From: Candidatus Kerfeldbacteria bacterium
GTDB lineage: Bacteria > Patescibacteriota > Patescibacteriia > SBBC01
Reading direction: 5' to 3'
Assembly (NCBI GenBank): GCA_043799405.1
Contig: JAZDNT010000003.1
Location: 143,461-207,460, forward strand
Length of the DNA stretch: 64,000 nt
The position numbers and the translations under genes were made by a program. This document shows, in pieces, positions 56,540 through 64,000 of this stretch; the stretch's first letter is position 1, and each line of letters opens with the position of its first letter. The notes under the pieces are model-generated. The model saw only the letters and a program-made list of their open reading frames with translations. It searched no databases and was not told where the DNA came from.

Positions 56540-56660
56540 TGCAGACGACCAGGAATCGGCAGTTCTGATTCCACTGATTGTCGAGCCCGTTCCAGTTCAG
56601 GTTCACGCCGTTCGAGTTCAGGTTGACGTACGGCGAGTAGAGGTTCCCGTTCCGCTGCAC
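56540..56660 (-). repeat. DGR template repeat (TR)
   Basis: Gap-free 121-bp alignment with 57033-57153. The TR read on the minus strand encodes an Asn(AAC)-rich peptide (QRNGNLYSPYVNLNSNGVNLNWNGLDNQWNQNCRFLVVC). 20 of 21 differences fall at TR adenines. Confidence 0.88.
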
Positions 56661-56930
56661 AGCCGCCATATTGTACAGCGCATCATCCGTACCACTGCCC
56701 ATCGTCCTTCGACAAGCTCAGGACTCCGAGCTGAATAGTCTTTGGGGTCATCGAAACCCGCTAATACGCTGCACCAAGTATCTTCACTTGCTTAAGAGAC
56801 GTGGCATGTGCTCTATTCGTAACCTTGATCGCGAATATTCTGACAACACCATCGCCCTAGAATTCGACCGCTCGAAGCCGTAGCCGCGAGCAATGTCATC
56901 TACTATCCAAAAGTAGTATAGCAGAGTTTT

Positions 56931-56971
56931 TATAAAAAGAGTCGCCCCGACGCGCTTGCGCGGTCGGGGCG
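56931..56971 (-). terminator. Rho-independent terminator after the DGR target gene
   Basis: CGCCCCGAC (56943-56951) / GTCGGGGCG (56963-56971) with an inner GCGC/GCGC stem. On the minus strand it is followed by ACTCTTTTTATA. Confidence 0.6.
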
Positions 56972-57015
56972 TTCCAAGGGACACAGGGAGCCATGAAGCT
57001 CCCAGCGCCCAAGGG

Positions 57016-57573
57016 TTAAAGGTCTACGACACTGCAGACGACCAGGAACCGGCAGCGCCGATCCCACTGACTGCCGAGCCCGTACCAGTCCAGGTCCACG
57101 CCGCCCGAGACCAGGCTGACGTCCGGCGAGCAGAGGCGCCCGCCCCGCTGCACGGGATCACCACAAATGCCGATGACCGGTGACTTCTGCTGCTCTCCCG
57201 GGAACTTCCGTCCGAAGGTCTCGGAGATGGCACGGTCGGGCAACGCCTCCCTCTGACGCTTGGTCAGATCGATCAGCTCCCGATCGTACGCGTCGTGGTC
57301 GAACTTCTGCAGGCGCACGGTGACCCGTTTCTTTCCCCGATACTTCCGAGGATAGTCGCTGGCCGTGATCGCGCCGACGAACGCGCAGGCGTTCCGGTCG
57401 ATCCGATCCCATTCAGGGTCATCGAAGTCTACTTCGAAGATGAATTGGCCAAAAACGAATCCCTGAAGGTGATCGGCCAGCTCCGTTGGCGTTCGCGCTC
57501 CACTCGTTACGAGCTCAATAGCAGAACCGACGAGCTTCAACGCGCGTTCCCACTGATTCGGGCTGCTTCCCAC
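57016..57573 (-). CDS. DGR target (variable) protein
   Basis: 185 aa. Its C-terminal 40 residues (QRGGRLCSPDVSLVSGGVDLDWYGLGSQWDRRCRFLVVC) are encoded by the VR. No signal peptide is evident. Confidence 0.8.
   Translation of the reverse strand: MGSSPNQWERALKLVGSAIELVTSGARTPTELADHLQGFVFGQFIFEVDFDDPEWDRIDRNACAFVGAITASDYPRKYRGKKRVTVRLQKFDHDAYDRELIDLTKRQREALPDRAISETFGRKFPGEQQKSPVIGICGDPVQRGGRLCSPDVSLVSGGVDLDWYGLGSQWDRRCRFLVVCSVVDL
57033..57153 (-). repeat. DGR variable repeat (VR)
   Basis: This is the counterpart of TR 56540-56660 (offset 493 nt). It occupies the 3' end of the target gene and ends 15 nt before its stop codon. Confidence 0.88.
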
Positions 57574-57666
57574 AGCATACCTCCTGTTTCGGACAGGCTG
57601 TTTGTCCGGTCACTGTGCATGACCGTAGCTCCCCCGAATTGAGGAACCTCCGCGTGCCATGTCGTA

Positions 57667-57763
57667 TAGCCGCAGCGCTACCGCCCCCATCCCTCCTCAT
57701 TTGAGGAGGGGTGTCCGGTCGCATGACCGGACGGGGTGGTCGAGGAAGGTAGCGCTGCGGCTA
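57667..57763. repeat. Compound hairpin repeat, variant 1, enclosed by a 16-bp outer stem
   Basis: Outer stem TAGCCGCAGCGCTACC (57667-57682) / GGTAGCGCTGCGGCTA (57748-57763). It encloses CCCTCCTC-attt-GAGGAGGG (57691-57710) and GTCCGGTC-gcat-GACCGGAC (57713-57732), followed by GGGGTGG. Confidence 0.85.
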
Positions 57764-57844
57764 ATTATCGCTATGTTATCAAAGAACGTTGGATGATAGC
57801 ACGGCAACCGACAACTGTCAATGCCCAACCGCTCGAAAAATTAT

Positions 57845-59335
57845 TCACAATCGCCGACTTTTCAAGACAAGGTTCCGCAGCTTTTGTTGAACTTCCGGCG
57901 TCAAGCCATTTCCGTCCCAGCGCCACTTCCAGTTGTCTTCCCTGGTGCCAGGCGTGTTCATACGTGCCTCACTCCCGAGGTTCAGGACATCCTGCAGGGG
58001 CGTGATAACGGTGTTCGCGCGGCTTGCGTACACCGCCTGTATAAATTTCCATGCAACGTTCCTGTCGTTCGCCCGTAGTATCGTTCGCACCCGTTTCCGT
58101 TCCAGTCGGGTCGCGTCGTGCACGAACCATCCGCGGGTCGTGTTGTTGTCGTGCGTTCCGGTGTAGACAACGCTCCGCCGGCTCAAATTCTTCAATGCAT
58201 GGATGCTGCCGAGATCCGAGAAACCGAACTGCAGTACTCGCACGCCCGGGAACCGTAGGTTGTTCCGAAGATCGACAACATCCTGTGTGATGACGCCTAA
58301 GTCCTCCGCAATGAACGACGACCTCGGAAAACGGCGCTCTACGAGCCCGAACAGGCTCTTTCCCGGTACTGCGTGCCACGATCCGTGACGGCTGCTGCGA
58401 CTCCCTGCTCTGATGCCCCATGTTGCGACATACCCGCGGAAGTGGTCGAGACGGACGATATCGTAGAGAGTAAACGAACGACGGAAACGGTTGAGCCACC
58501 ACGTAAAGCCATCGGTCTCCATCCGTTTCCAGTCATAAAGCGGATCTCCCCAGACCTGACCACGACTGCTGAAGTAGTCCGGCGGCACGCCTGCGACCAG
58601 CGTCGGCCGTCCTAAACGGTCCAGCATGAAATGGCCAGGGTTCGACCACGTATCAGCGCTATCCCTCGTCACGAAAATCGGCACATCGCCGATGATCCGC
58701 ACATTCCGAGCATGGGCGTAGCGCTTCAAGCGCTGCCACTGGCTGTCGAATACCCACTGCGTAAACTCATGGAACGCGATCTGTTCATGCAGTTTCGTCC
58801 GCCACGTCGCGAGCGTTTCCGGCCTCCGCCGCCGCAGCGAATGCGGCCATCGGGTCCACGGTACCGAGCTACCGAAATGTTCTTTGAGCGCTCCGAACAA
58901 TGCGAAGTCATGAAGCCAGTAGTGCTCGTGACGGACAAACGTATTGAATTCTGTACGTTGTTTTTTTGTACTATGTGCTTCGAAGTTCTTCCATGCGGAA
59001 ATGAGGATTGCTCGTTTACGCCGTGCAACGTAACGATAGTGAACAGGTCCGCTATCTGAGCTCCACGGTTCTGGCAATTCTTGAAGCAACCCGTCCTCGA
59101 CCATTCGTTCGGGACTAATTAACAGCCAGTTGCCCGCGAATGCGGATGATGAGGCGTACGGCGATCCGACAACGTCAGGTATAACAAGAGGCAACACCTG
59201 CCACAGCGTCTGACGAGCCGCCGCGAGAAAATCGATGAACTGGTACGCTGCCGGCCCGAGATCGCCGATACCGTACCCCGAAGGAAAACTGGTCGGGTGA
59301 AGGAGGATTCCGGCCTGTCGTTTACTGAGTTCCAT
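57845..59335 (-). CDS. malQ: 4-alpha-glucanotransferase (amylomaltase, GH77)
   Basis: AGILLHPTSFPSGYGIGDLG at the N-terminus, with the conserved DHFRG and IAEDLG blocks. The likely start is MELSKRQ (ATG 59335), and the ORF is open to 59374. Confidence 0.9.
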   Translation of the reverse strand: MELSKRQAGILLHPTSFPSGYGIGDLGPAAYQFIDFLAAARQTLWQVLPLVIPDVVGSPYASSSAFAGNWLLISPERMVEDGLLQELPEPWSSDSGPVHYRYVARRKRAILISAWKNFEAHSTKKQRTEFNTFVRHEHYWLHDFALFGALKEHFGSSVPWTRWPHSLRRRRPETLATWRTKLHEQIAFHEFTQWVFDSQWQRLKRYAHARNVRIIGDVPIFVTRDSADTWSNPGHFMLDRLGRPTLVAGVPPDYFSSRGQVWGDPLYDWKRMETDGFTWWLNRFRRSFTLYDIVRLDHFRGYVATWGIRAGSRSSRHGSWHAVPGKSLFGLVERRFPRSSFIAEDLGVITQDVVDLRNNLRFPGVRVLQFGFSDLGSIHALKNLSRRSVVYTGTHDNNTTRGWFVHDATRLERKRVRTILRANDRNVAWKFIQAVYASRANTVITPLQDVLNLGSEARMNTPGTREDNWKWRWDGNGLTPEVQQKLRNLVLKSRRL

Positions 59336-60287
59336 AGCTGTGCGTAGATTCACTGTTCCTCGTACGGAATGCAATGAGGTTCACGATCCCGAGGCCGACA
59401 ACTTCGACGAGGATGATGAATACTCTGCTCACGATGGCAACAAGTATCGCTTCTGGCATCCCCATGTACGGACGAAGAAGGAGCACCGTCGCCGCCTCGC
59501 GAACACCAAGACCGCTCGGCGTAATGAAGCTCAGGTAGCCCAATAGCCACGAGAACAAGAAGGCTCCGATCAATGCGATACCGTCCCAAAACGTCACTGA
59601 TATTCCGAGGCTGATTGTAATGAGGAGCTGGAAAAGCCCAAAGAAAAGCCACGAAACAACCATCCAGGCGAATGCGGAGGCCATGTTCGGAACGACCGGA
59701 GTAGGATCTTTGCGCCTGAGCACACGGAAGATCGTGCTCACGAACCACTGGGCTATCCGACGATGCGCAATGAACAACGATGCGCAGGCGACTGCGAGAA
59801 ACAGCGTCGTCCTTCCGGGAAACTGCCACGTCCCGTAACCGATGAGGAAAATCACGGAAAACATCGTGCACGTTGCGCCGAGCAGGATTGCTTCGAGTAC
59901 CATGCTCGAGAACACGACCGTCCGCGTCGTGCCAATACTCCCTGCCTGCGCGATCCTCCCGAGAATAGACCAGACATTGCCGGGGATATACCGGACGATC
60001 TCGCCGTTCACCCATACCTTCCCTGCTTGCCAGAAACGGGTCTGAACCCCGAGGTTACGTAGCAATGAGCGCCACGATGCTATGCGCGGGATAAAGTACA
60101 GAAATCCAGGGATGAGACCAAGGACGATCCACCCCCACGATATTCTTCCGTACGCGTCCTGTACTGATGGCCAGTCACGGATGAGCCGCTCGCCGAGGAA
60201 GTAAAAAATGACTATAACAATAAGCCAGCGGAGAATCATCCGATAGGGAGACTTCGGTTTACCGTTGCTCGCTGACTGGTCGGTCAT
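59322..60287 (-). CDS. Flippase-like membrane protein (lysylphosphatidylglycerol-synthase TM-region family)
   Basis: 321 aa, polytopic. GEIVRYIPGNVWSILGR and TPSGLGVREA are typical of the LPG_synthase_TM/UPF0104 family, which is often paired with GT2 enzymes. Confidence 0.75.
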   Translation of the reverse strand: MTDQSASNGKPKSPYRMILRWLIVIVIFYFLGERLIRDWPSVQDAYGRISWGWIVLGLIPGFLYFIPRIASWRSLLRNLGVQTRFWQAGKVWVNGEIVRYIPGNVWSILGRIAQAGSIGTTRTVVFSSMVLEAILLGATCTMFSVIFLIGYGTWQFPGRTTLFLAVACASLFIAHRRIAQWFVSTIFRVLRRKDPTPVVPNMASAFAWMVVSWLFFGLFQLLITISLGISVTFWDGIALIGAFLFSWLLGYLSFITPSGLGVREAATVLLLRPYMGMPEAILVAIVSRVFIILVEVVGLGIVNLIAFRTRNSESTHSYGTQ

Positions 60288-61206
60288 GATCGAGCTCTTC
60301 TTCGACGGGATACCGACGTTGGTGAGTGCGGCTTACGATAAGTTCGGCGAGGAGGCCGGTGAACAGCAGCTGCATGCCCGCGATGATGAGGAGGACCGCG
60401 AAGGTGAGGAGGGGCCGAGTACCAATTGATTGACCTTGCAAACGAAGAACGGTGAGGTAGAGACCAATGCCGACCCCGAGGAAGACCGAAAGGCCGCCGA
60501 ACGCACCGAAGAGGTATAGGGGGCTGTTCTGGAAGCGTCCGAGGAACGCGACGGTGATGAGGTCGAACGACCCTCTGATGAACCGCTTCCAGCCGTACTT
60601 CGAAACGCCGTGTCGTCGCTCGTGGTGCTCGACGGGAAGCTCTGAAACGCTGAACCCTTGGATGTGCGCGAGGATAGGAATGAACCGATGGAGTTCGCCG
60701 TAGAGATCGATCGAACGCGCAACGTCCGCCCGCATCACCTTAAGGCCGCAGTTCATGTCGTGGAGCTTCGTCTTGAACAGCAGTCGCGCAAAACCGTTGA
60801 AGACTGCCGAGGGGAACGTCTTCGTCCACGGATCGTTCCGGTTCTCTTTCCATCCCGTAACGAGATCATTGTGGTTAAGCGCGCTTAGCAACCTCGGGAT
60901 CTCGCTCGGTTCATCCTGAAGGTCTGCATCGATCATAACGACGATCTCGCCGCGTACTACCCTGAATCCCTCGGAGAGCGCTGCGGATTTCCCGAGGTTC
61001 CTGCGGAATTTCACTGCCCTGACCCGATGATCCTTCTTGAACAGTTCCCGAACGATCTCATACGAACGGTCTGTGCTGCCGTCATCGACGAAAACGATCT
61101 CGAACGCGCCCAAAGGCTCAAGCGAAGCAATGAGCTTCTGATACAGCTCGTTGAGGCTCTCTTCCTCATTGAGGTATGGGACGACGACGGATATGTGGGG
61201 TTTCAT
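60259..61206 (-). CDS. Glycosyltransferase family 2 (polyprenol-phosphate glycosyltransferase-like)
   Basis: ISVVVPYLNEEESL, VDDGSTD and DADLQD motifs, plus two C-terminal TM helices, as in DPM1/ArnC-like enzymes. Confidence 0.88.
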   Translation of the reverse strand: MKPHISVVVPYLNEEESLNELYQKLIASLEPLGAFEIVFVDDGSTDRSYEIVRELFKKDHRVRAVKFRRNLGKSAALSEGFRVVRGEIVVMIDADLQDEPSEIPRLLSALNHNDLVTGWKENRNDPWTKTFPSAVFNGFARLLFKTKLHDMNCGLKVMRADVARSIDLYGELHRFIPILAHIQGFSVSELPVEHHERRHGVSKYGWKRFIRGSFDLITVAFLGRFQNSPLYLFGAFGGLSVFLGVGIGLYLTVLRLQGQSIGTRPLLTFAVLLIIAGMQLLFTGLLAELIVSRTHQRRYPVEEELDHDRPVSEQR

Positions 61207-61209
61207 AGG

Positions 61210-62856
61210 TTATTGCTTCATCGTAGCCACTTCGAACAGCACGAATCGGTCACGCTCTAGTATAGCATTACCGCGATTCCGAACGGAATCGTACTGCGGG
61301 GAATCAGACGCAACGAGAATGAGGGGTCCTTGTGCTTCATCCGCATTCGAAAGCTCACGTATGGAAAGATCAGGCATTCGCCGTAAGTAGTAGTACCCGG
61401 CCGGCTGCGTCACAAGGCGTATACCAACAACATCGAGTTTTTCCGCCCTGACCTCACTGACACGTTCTGCAATGTCTTTGAGCGGCGATGCCGTTGGTAA
61501 ATGCTTCAGGTATGAATACTGCCAGCCGAAAGCGATAATGACGAGGTAGACGATTACAGCCATACCAACTGCCCTCGTCGGCTCGATAATGGTCTGGGTC
61601 CGTAAAAGAAAGGTAACGCCGATAACGATGCCCGTAACGACCGCGGCGACGATAAGCTTACCGGCAACGGTAAGAACGAACCACTCCGGAACGTACGCGA
61701 ACGGGGTCGCTCTCCAGAGCAATCCCTCGTGGGCGAGCCCTTGCGGCAAAAGGTAGATGCCGACGAAAAAGCTCAGCGCAGCGAATGCGGTAAGAAGACG
61801 ATCTGATTTCTGATGGAGGAACTCAGAGAATCCACGCGCAAGCACAAGGACGAGCGGCGCATACAATGGAAGTATGTACCAATCGAACTTCGTTTTAACG
61901 AACGAAAAGACAATGAACACGACCGTTATCCAGACAAGCAGCAAGCGGTCGAATTCATCGCGGCTTTTTAGGATTCTTCTGAGTGACAGTAACAGTGCGA
62001 GGGGAATAAAAACGCCAAAGGGATACGTCCGCTTGAACAGTACGACAGCGTACCAAAGCCACGAAACCCTGTTCTCGTAGAGCACCTCGCTGCTCCGCTC
62101 AAGAATATGGAACTCGAAGTAGCTGTTCCAGAACGTCGCACCGTGACGAACGAGCTCGAGAATATGCCACGGAAGCGCGATAGCCGCTGCAATGCCTGCT
62201 GAAAGGGCAACGGTACGGATACCGAGCCTTGACCACCGCCGCGAAAGTGAAAGGTCGATAGCAACAATGATCACGGGAAGTAAGCCGGCGAACGACTTCG
62301 TCATTACGGCAAGACCGATACAGGCTCCGAAACCGAGGAACCACCCGGGCGACTCCCTGCTCCTCCAGTACGCGTAGAGGGCGGCGGTGAACAGGAGAAT
62401 AAGGAGCCCGTCGGTCTCTCCCGTACGGAACGCGTGGTACAGAACGAACCGTCCAAGCGTGAAGATAGCGCCGGCGAGGAAAGCAAGGCGCATGCTACTT
62501 GATATCTCCCACATCCAGAAGGTGATGAGGAGCGCCGTTGCAACGCCAGCTATCGCCGACCAGAACCGCAACGTGAACTCGCTCTCGCCGAAGAGCGGGA
62601 AGAGTAAAGCGGTCATCCAGAATTTGAGCGGCGGTTTCGCAGTGTAGAGCTCATCGCGGTACGAAAGGGAAAACCAAGCATCCTGATGGTACATTTCCCT
62701 CGTAACCTCGGCATGGATGCCCTCATCCCAGTTCTCGAGCGGCTTCTCGCCCAGTCGCCAAAAGAGCACGAATAAAGAGAGCGCGAGTATAGCGACGAGC
62801 GATACCGCGAGCAATCCGAGCGAGGGGCGCGCGGCCTGCGAATGGTTGTCCTGCAT
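61210..62856 (-). CDS. Glycosyltransferase family 39 (ArnT/PMT-like)
   Basis: Polytopic protein with the first-loop acidic motif (ENWDEGIHAEV) and a C-terminal soluble domain. The likely start is MQDNHSQ (ATG 62856), and the ORF is open to 62904. Confidence 0.85.
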   Translation of the reverse strand: MQDNHSQAARPSLGLLAVSLVAILALSLFVLFWRLGEKPLENWDEGIHAEVTREMYHQDAWFSLSYRDELYTAKPPLKFWMTALLFPLFGESEFTLRFWSAIAGVATALLITFWMWEISSSMRLAFLAGAIFTLGRFVLYHAFRTGETDGLLILLFTAALYAYWRSRESPGWFLGFGACIGLAVMTKSFAGLLPVIIVAIDLSLSRRWSRLGIRTVALSAGIAAAIALPWHILELVRHGATFWNSYFEFHILERSSEVLYENRVSWLWYAVVLFKRTYPFGVFIPLALLLSLRRILKSRDEFDRLLLVWITVVFIVFSFVKTKFDWYILPLYAPLVLVLARGFSEFLHQKSDRLLTAFAALSFFVGIYLLPQGLAHEGLLWRATPFAYVPEWFVLTVAGKLIVAAVVTGIVIGVTFLLRTQTIIEPTRAVGMAVIVYLVIIAFGWQYSYLKHLPTASPLKDIAERVSEVRAEKLDVVGIRLVTQPAGYYYLRRMPDLSIRELSNADEAQGPLILVASDSPQYDSVRNRGNAILERDRFVLFEVATMKQ

Positions 62857-63035
62857 CGTAAAAAGATGGAAGGAAAGAATCGATTTCTGACACAACGGTA
62901 TCAAAAAAAGGACATAGTGTCCAGAAATTGAAGAAGGGGCGCGCGGATGACACTGTTACATGCCACACCGCGCACCCCTTCAATCCTTCAACGAGCTCTC
63001 CCGGAGTCCTCCTTAAGTTTCCGGGAGTAAAAAAG

Positions 63036-63926
63036 TCAGTACGCTAGCCGGCGGCGTCGGTCGTGCCACCGCCCCCAGACGAGGAGAAACCCGATCAGGT
63101 ATGCTACCCCGATCGTGATGAAACCGGTCTTCTCCAGTCCCCCCCAGACGAACCCGTTCGTGACATTGAAGATCATCACGAGCGGGTAGAACAGGATCCC
63201 CGCGAGGATGATGTGAACTTTGTACATGAGCACGATCCCGGCGATGAACAGCAGCCCCCCTGTCACAAGGAGTTGTGTCCACGCGCCGTCCATGCTCATA
63301 GCGCGGTACTTTGCAGCCGTAGTAGCTTTGTGACTTGCGCGCCACCAGTCACCTGCGATTCGTGCGTTACGAGCGACGGTTACACTGTCGCTCGTTCCGC
63401 CGCCGGTTCCTCCGCTGCCGGCGTCACGGTGGAGCATCTTCGCGGCCTTCAGAGAATCGTCGATTGCCTGCGCGATGATCCTGAGCGAATCCTCTCGGGC
63501 TTCCCTCAAGACCTTGAGCGAGTCCGCCCTGATCCTGAGTTCCTCCCTCGTAGCGTTCGCCCACTTCGTGCGCGAGACGGTACGACGCGCCTTGGGGTCC
63601 TTCGTAAAGGCGACGAGGGGGTCCATGTGGTTCGCCACCTCGTATCCGTCAGAGAACCCGTCACCGTCGCTGTCGACCACGTCCCACTTGGTCCCGTAGA
63701 CGATCTTTTCTGCGGCCGTCCTGATCCCGTCGTGGTCGTAGTCGCCGTAGTACCTGCCCCAGATCCCCCAGCTCGTGATGACGCAGAGGGCGATGAGGAC
63801 AGCAGCAACCCGTTGCTCCCACGACTGGAACCACGGCAAGGCAACCTTCCTGCCCTTGCCGATCTCGATCGACGACCTGCCGCCTTCTTCCTTGCGACGG
63901 GCGACATCGAACACGTCACCCGTCAC
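63036..63926 (-). CDS. Hypothetical membrane protein with thrombospondin-type-3-like Ca-binding repeats
   Basis: DYDHDGIRT...DSDGDGFSDGYE acidic repeats, a coiled-coil segment and three C-terminal TM helices. The fully overlapping plus-strand ORF 63063..63947 is Pro/Arg/Asp-rich and was rejected. Confidence 0.6.
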   Translation of the reverse strand: MTGDVFDVARRKEEGGRSSIEIGKGRKVALPWFQSWEQRVAAVLIALCVITSWGIWGRYYGDYDHDGIRTAAEKIVYGTKWDVVDSDGDGFSDGYEVANHMDPLVAFTKDPKARRTVSRTKWANATREELRIRADSLKVLREAREDSLRIIAQAIDDSLKAAKMLHRDAGSGGTGGGTSDSVTVARNARIAGDWWRASHKATTAAKYRAMSMDGAWTQLLVTGGLLFIAGIVLMYKVHIILAGILFYPLVMIFNVTNGFVWGGLEKTGFITIGVAYLIGFLLVWGRWHDRRRRLAY

Positions 63927-64000
63927 TACCTGCCCGCCGTCAACTGACTTGTTGTTGCCAGCAGACGAGCTGATCTCCCAGAGGAGAAGCGAACAGAGTG

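Noticed and set aside
56154-56702. 182-aa minus-strand ORF beginning MGSGTDDALYNMAAVQRNGNLY...
   Set aside because: It is the DGR template repeat read in the target-gene frame, followed by antisense avd sequence. The Asn-rich part mirrors the VR and the remainder is low-quality sequence opposite a well-supported Avd ORF.
63063-63947. 294-aa plus-strand ORF fully overlapping 63036..63926 (minus strand)
   Set aside because: It is Pro/Asp/Arg-rich with no hydrophobic core. The minus-strand product has coherent TM helices and Ca-binding-type repeats.

Overview
The window is a compact, high-GC bacterial chromosome segment. Almost all genes are on the minus strand and most are housekeeping. Gene content and the dense hairpin-repeat families look like a small-genome, CPR/Patescibacteria-type organism; that is an inference, not a demonstrated assignment.

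Core content:
- A complete F1Fo ATP synthase operon (atpZ-B-E-F-H-A-G-D-C) with two non-canonical genes inserted.
- Five aminoacyl-tRNA synthetases (MetRS, GlyRS, IleRS, ArgRS) and translation genes (infC-rpmI-rplT, smpB).
- An unannotated tmRNA and one tRNA-Asp.
- rmuC, recO, tatD, rsmI, an M16 peptidase and two tandem AI-2E transporters.
- A MacAB-like efflux operon with a two-component system.
- A deoxyhypusine-synthase-like/agmatinase pair.
- A malQ-GT2-GT39 glycosylation cluster.

Most notable findings:
1. A complete diversity-generating retroelement at 55040-57573, with reverse transcriptase, Avd, a 121-bp TR/VR pair carrying 20 adenine-specific substitutions, and a target gene. Its layout is atypical: avd is antisense to the TR-RT transcription direction, and its N-terminus is interrupted at a C10 tract.
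2. An isoleucyl-tRNA synthetase carrying a complete histidine-phosphatase domain inserted in its catalytic core.
3. A membrane-anchored Clp/Hsp100 ATPase with a DnaJ-type zinc finger and a degenerate first nucleotide-binding domain.
4. A tRNA-Asp locus with a 15-bp flanking stem, a 5' half duplicate, and a 3' fragment 6.1 kb downstream that brackets the efflux/two-component island.
5. Several dispersed hairpin and inverted-repeat families, together with a lone HUH/Y1 transposase-like gene.

No CRISPR array, rRNA or prophage was seen.
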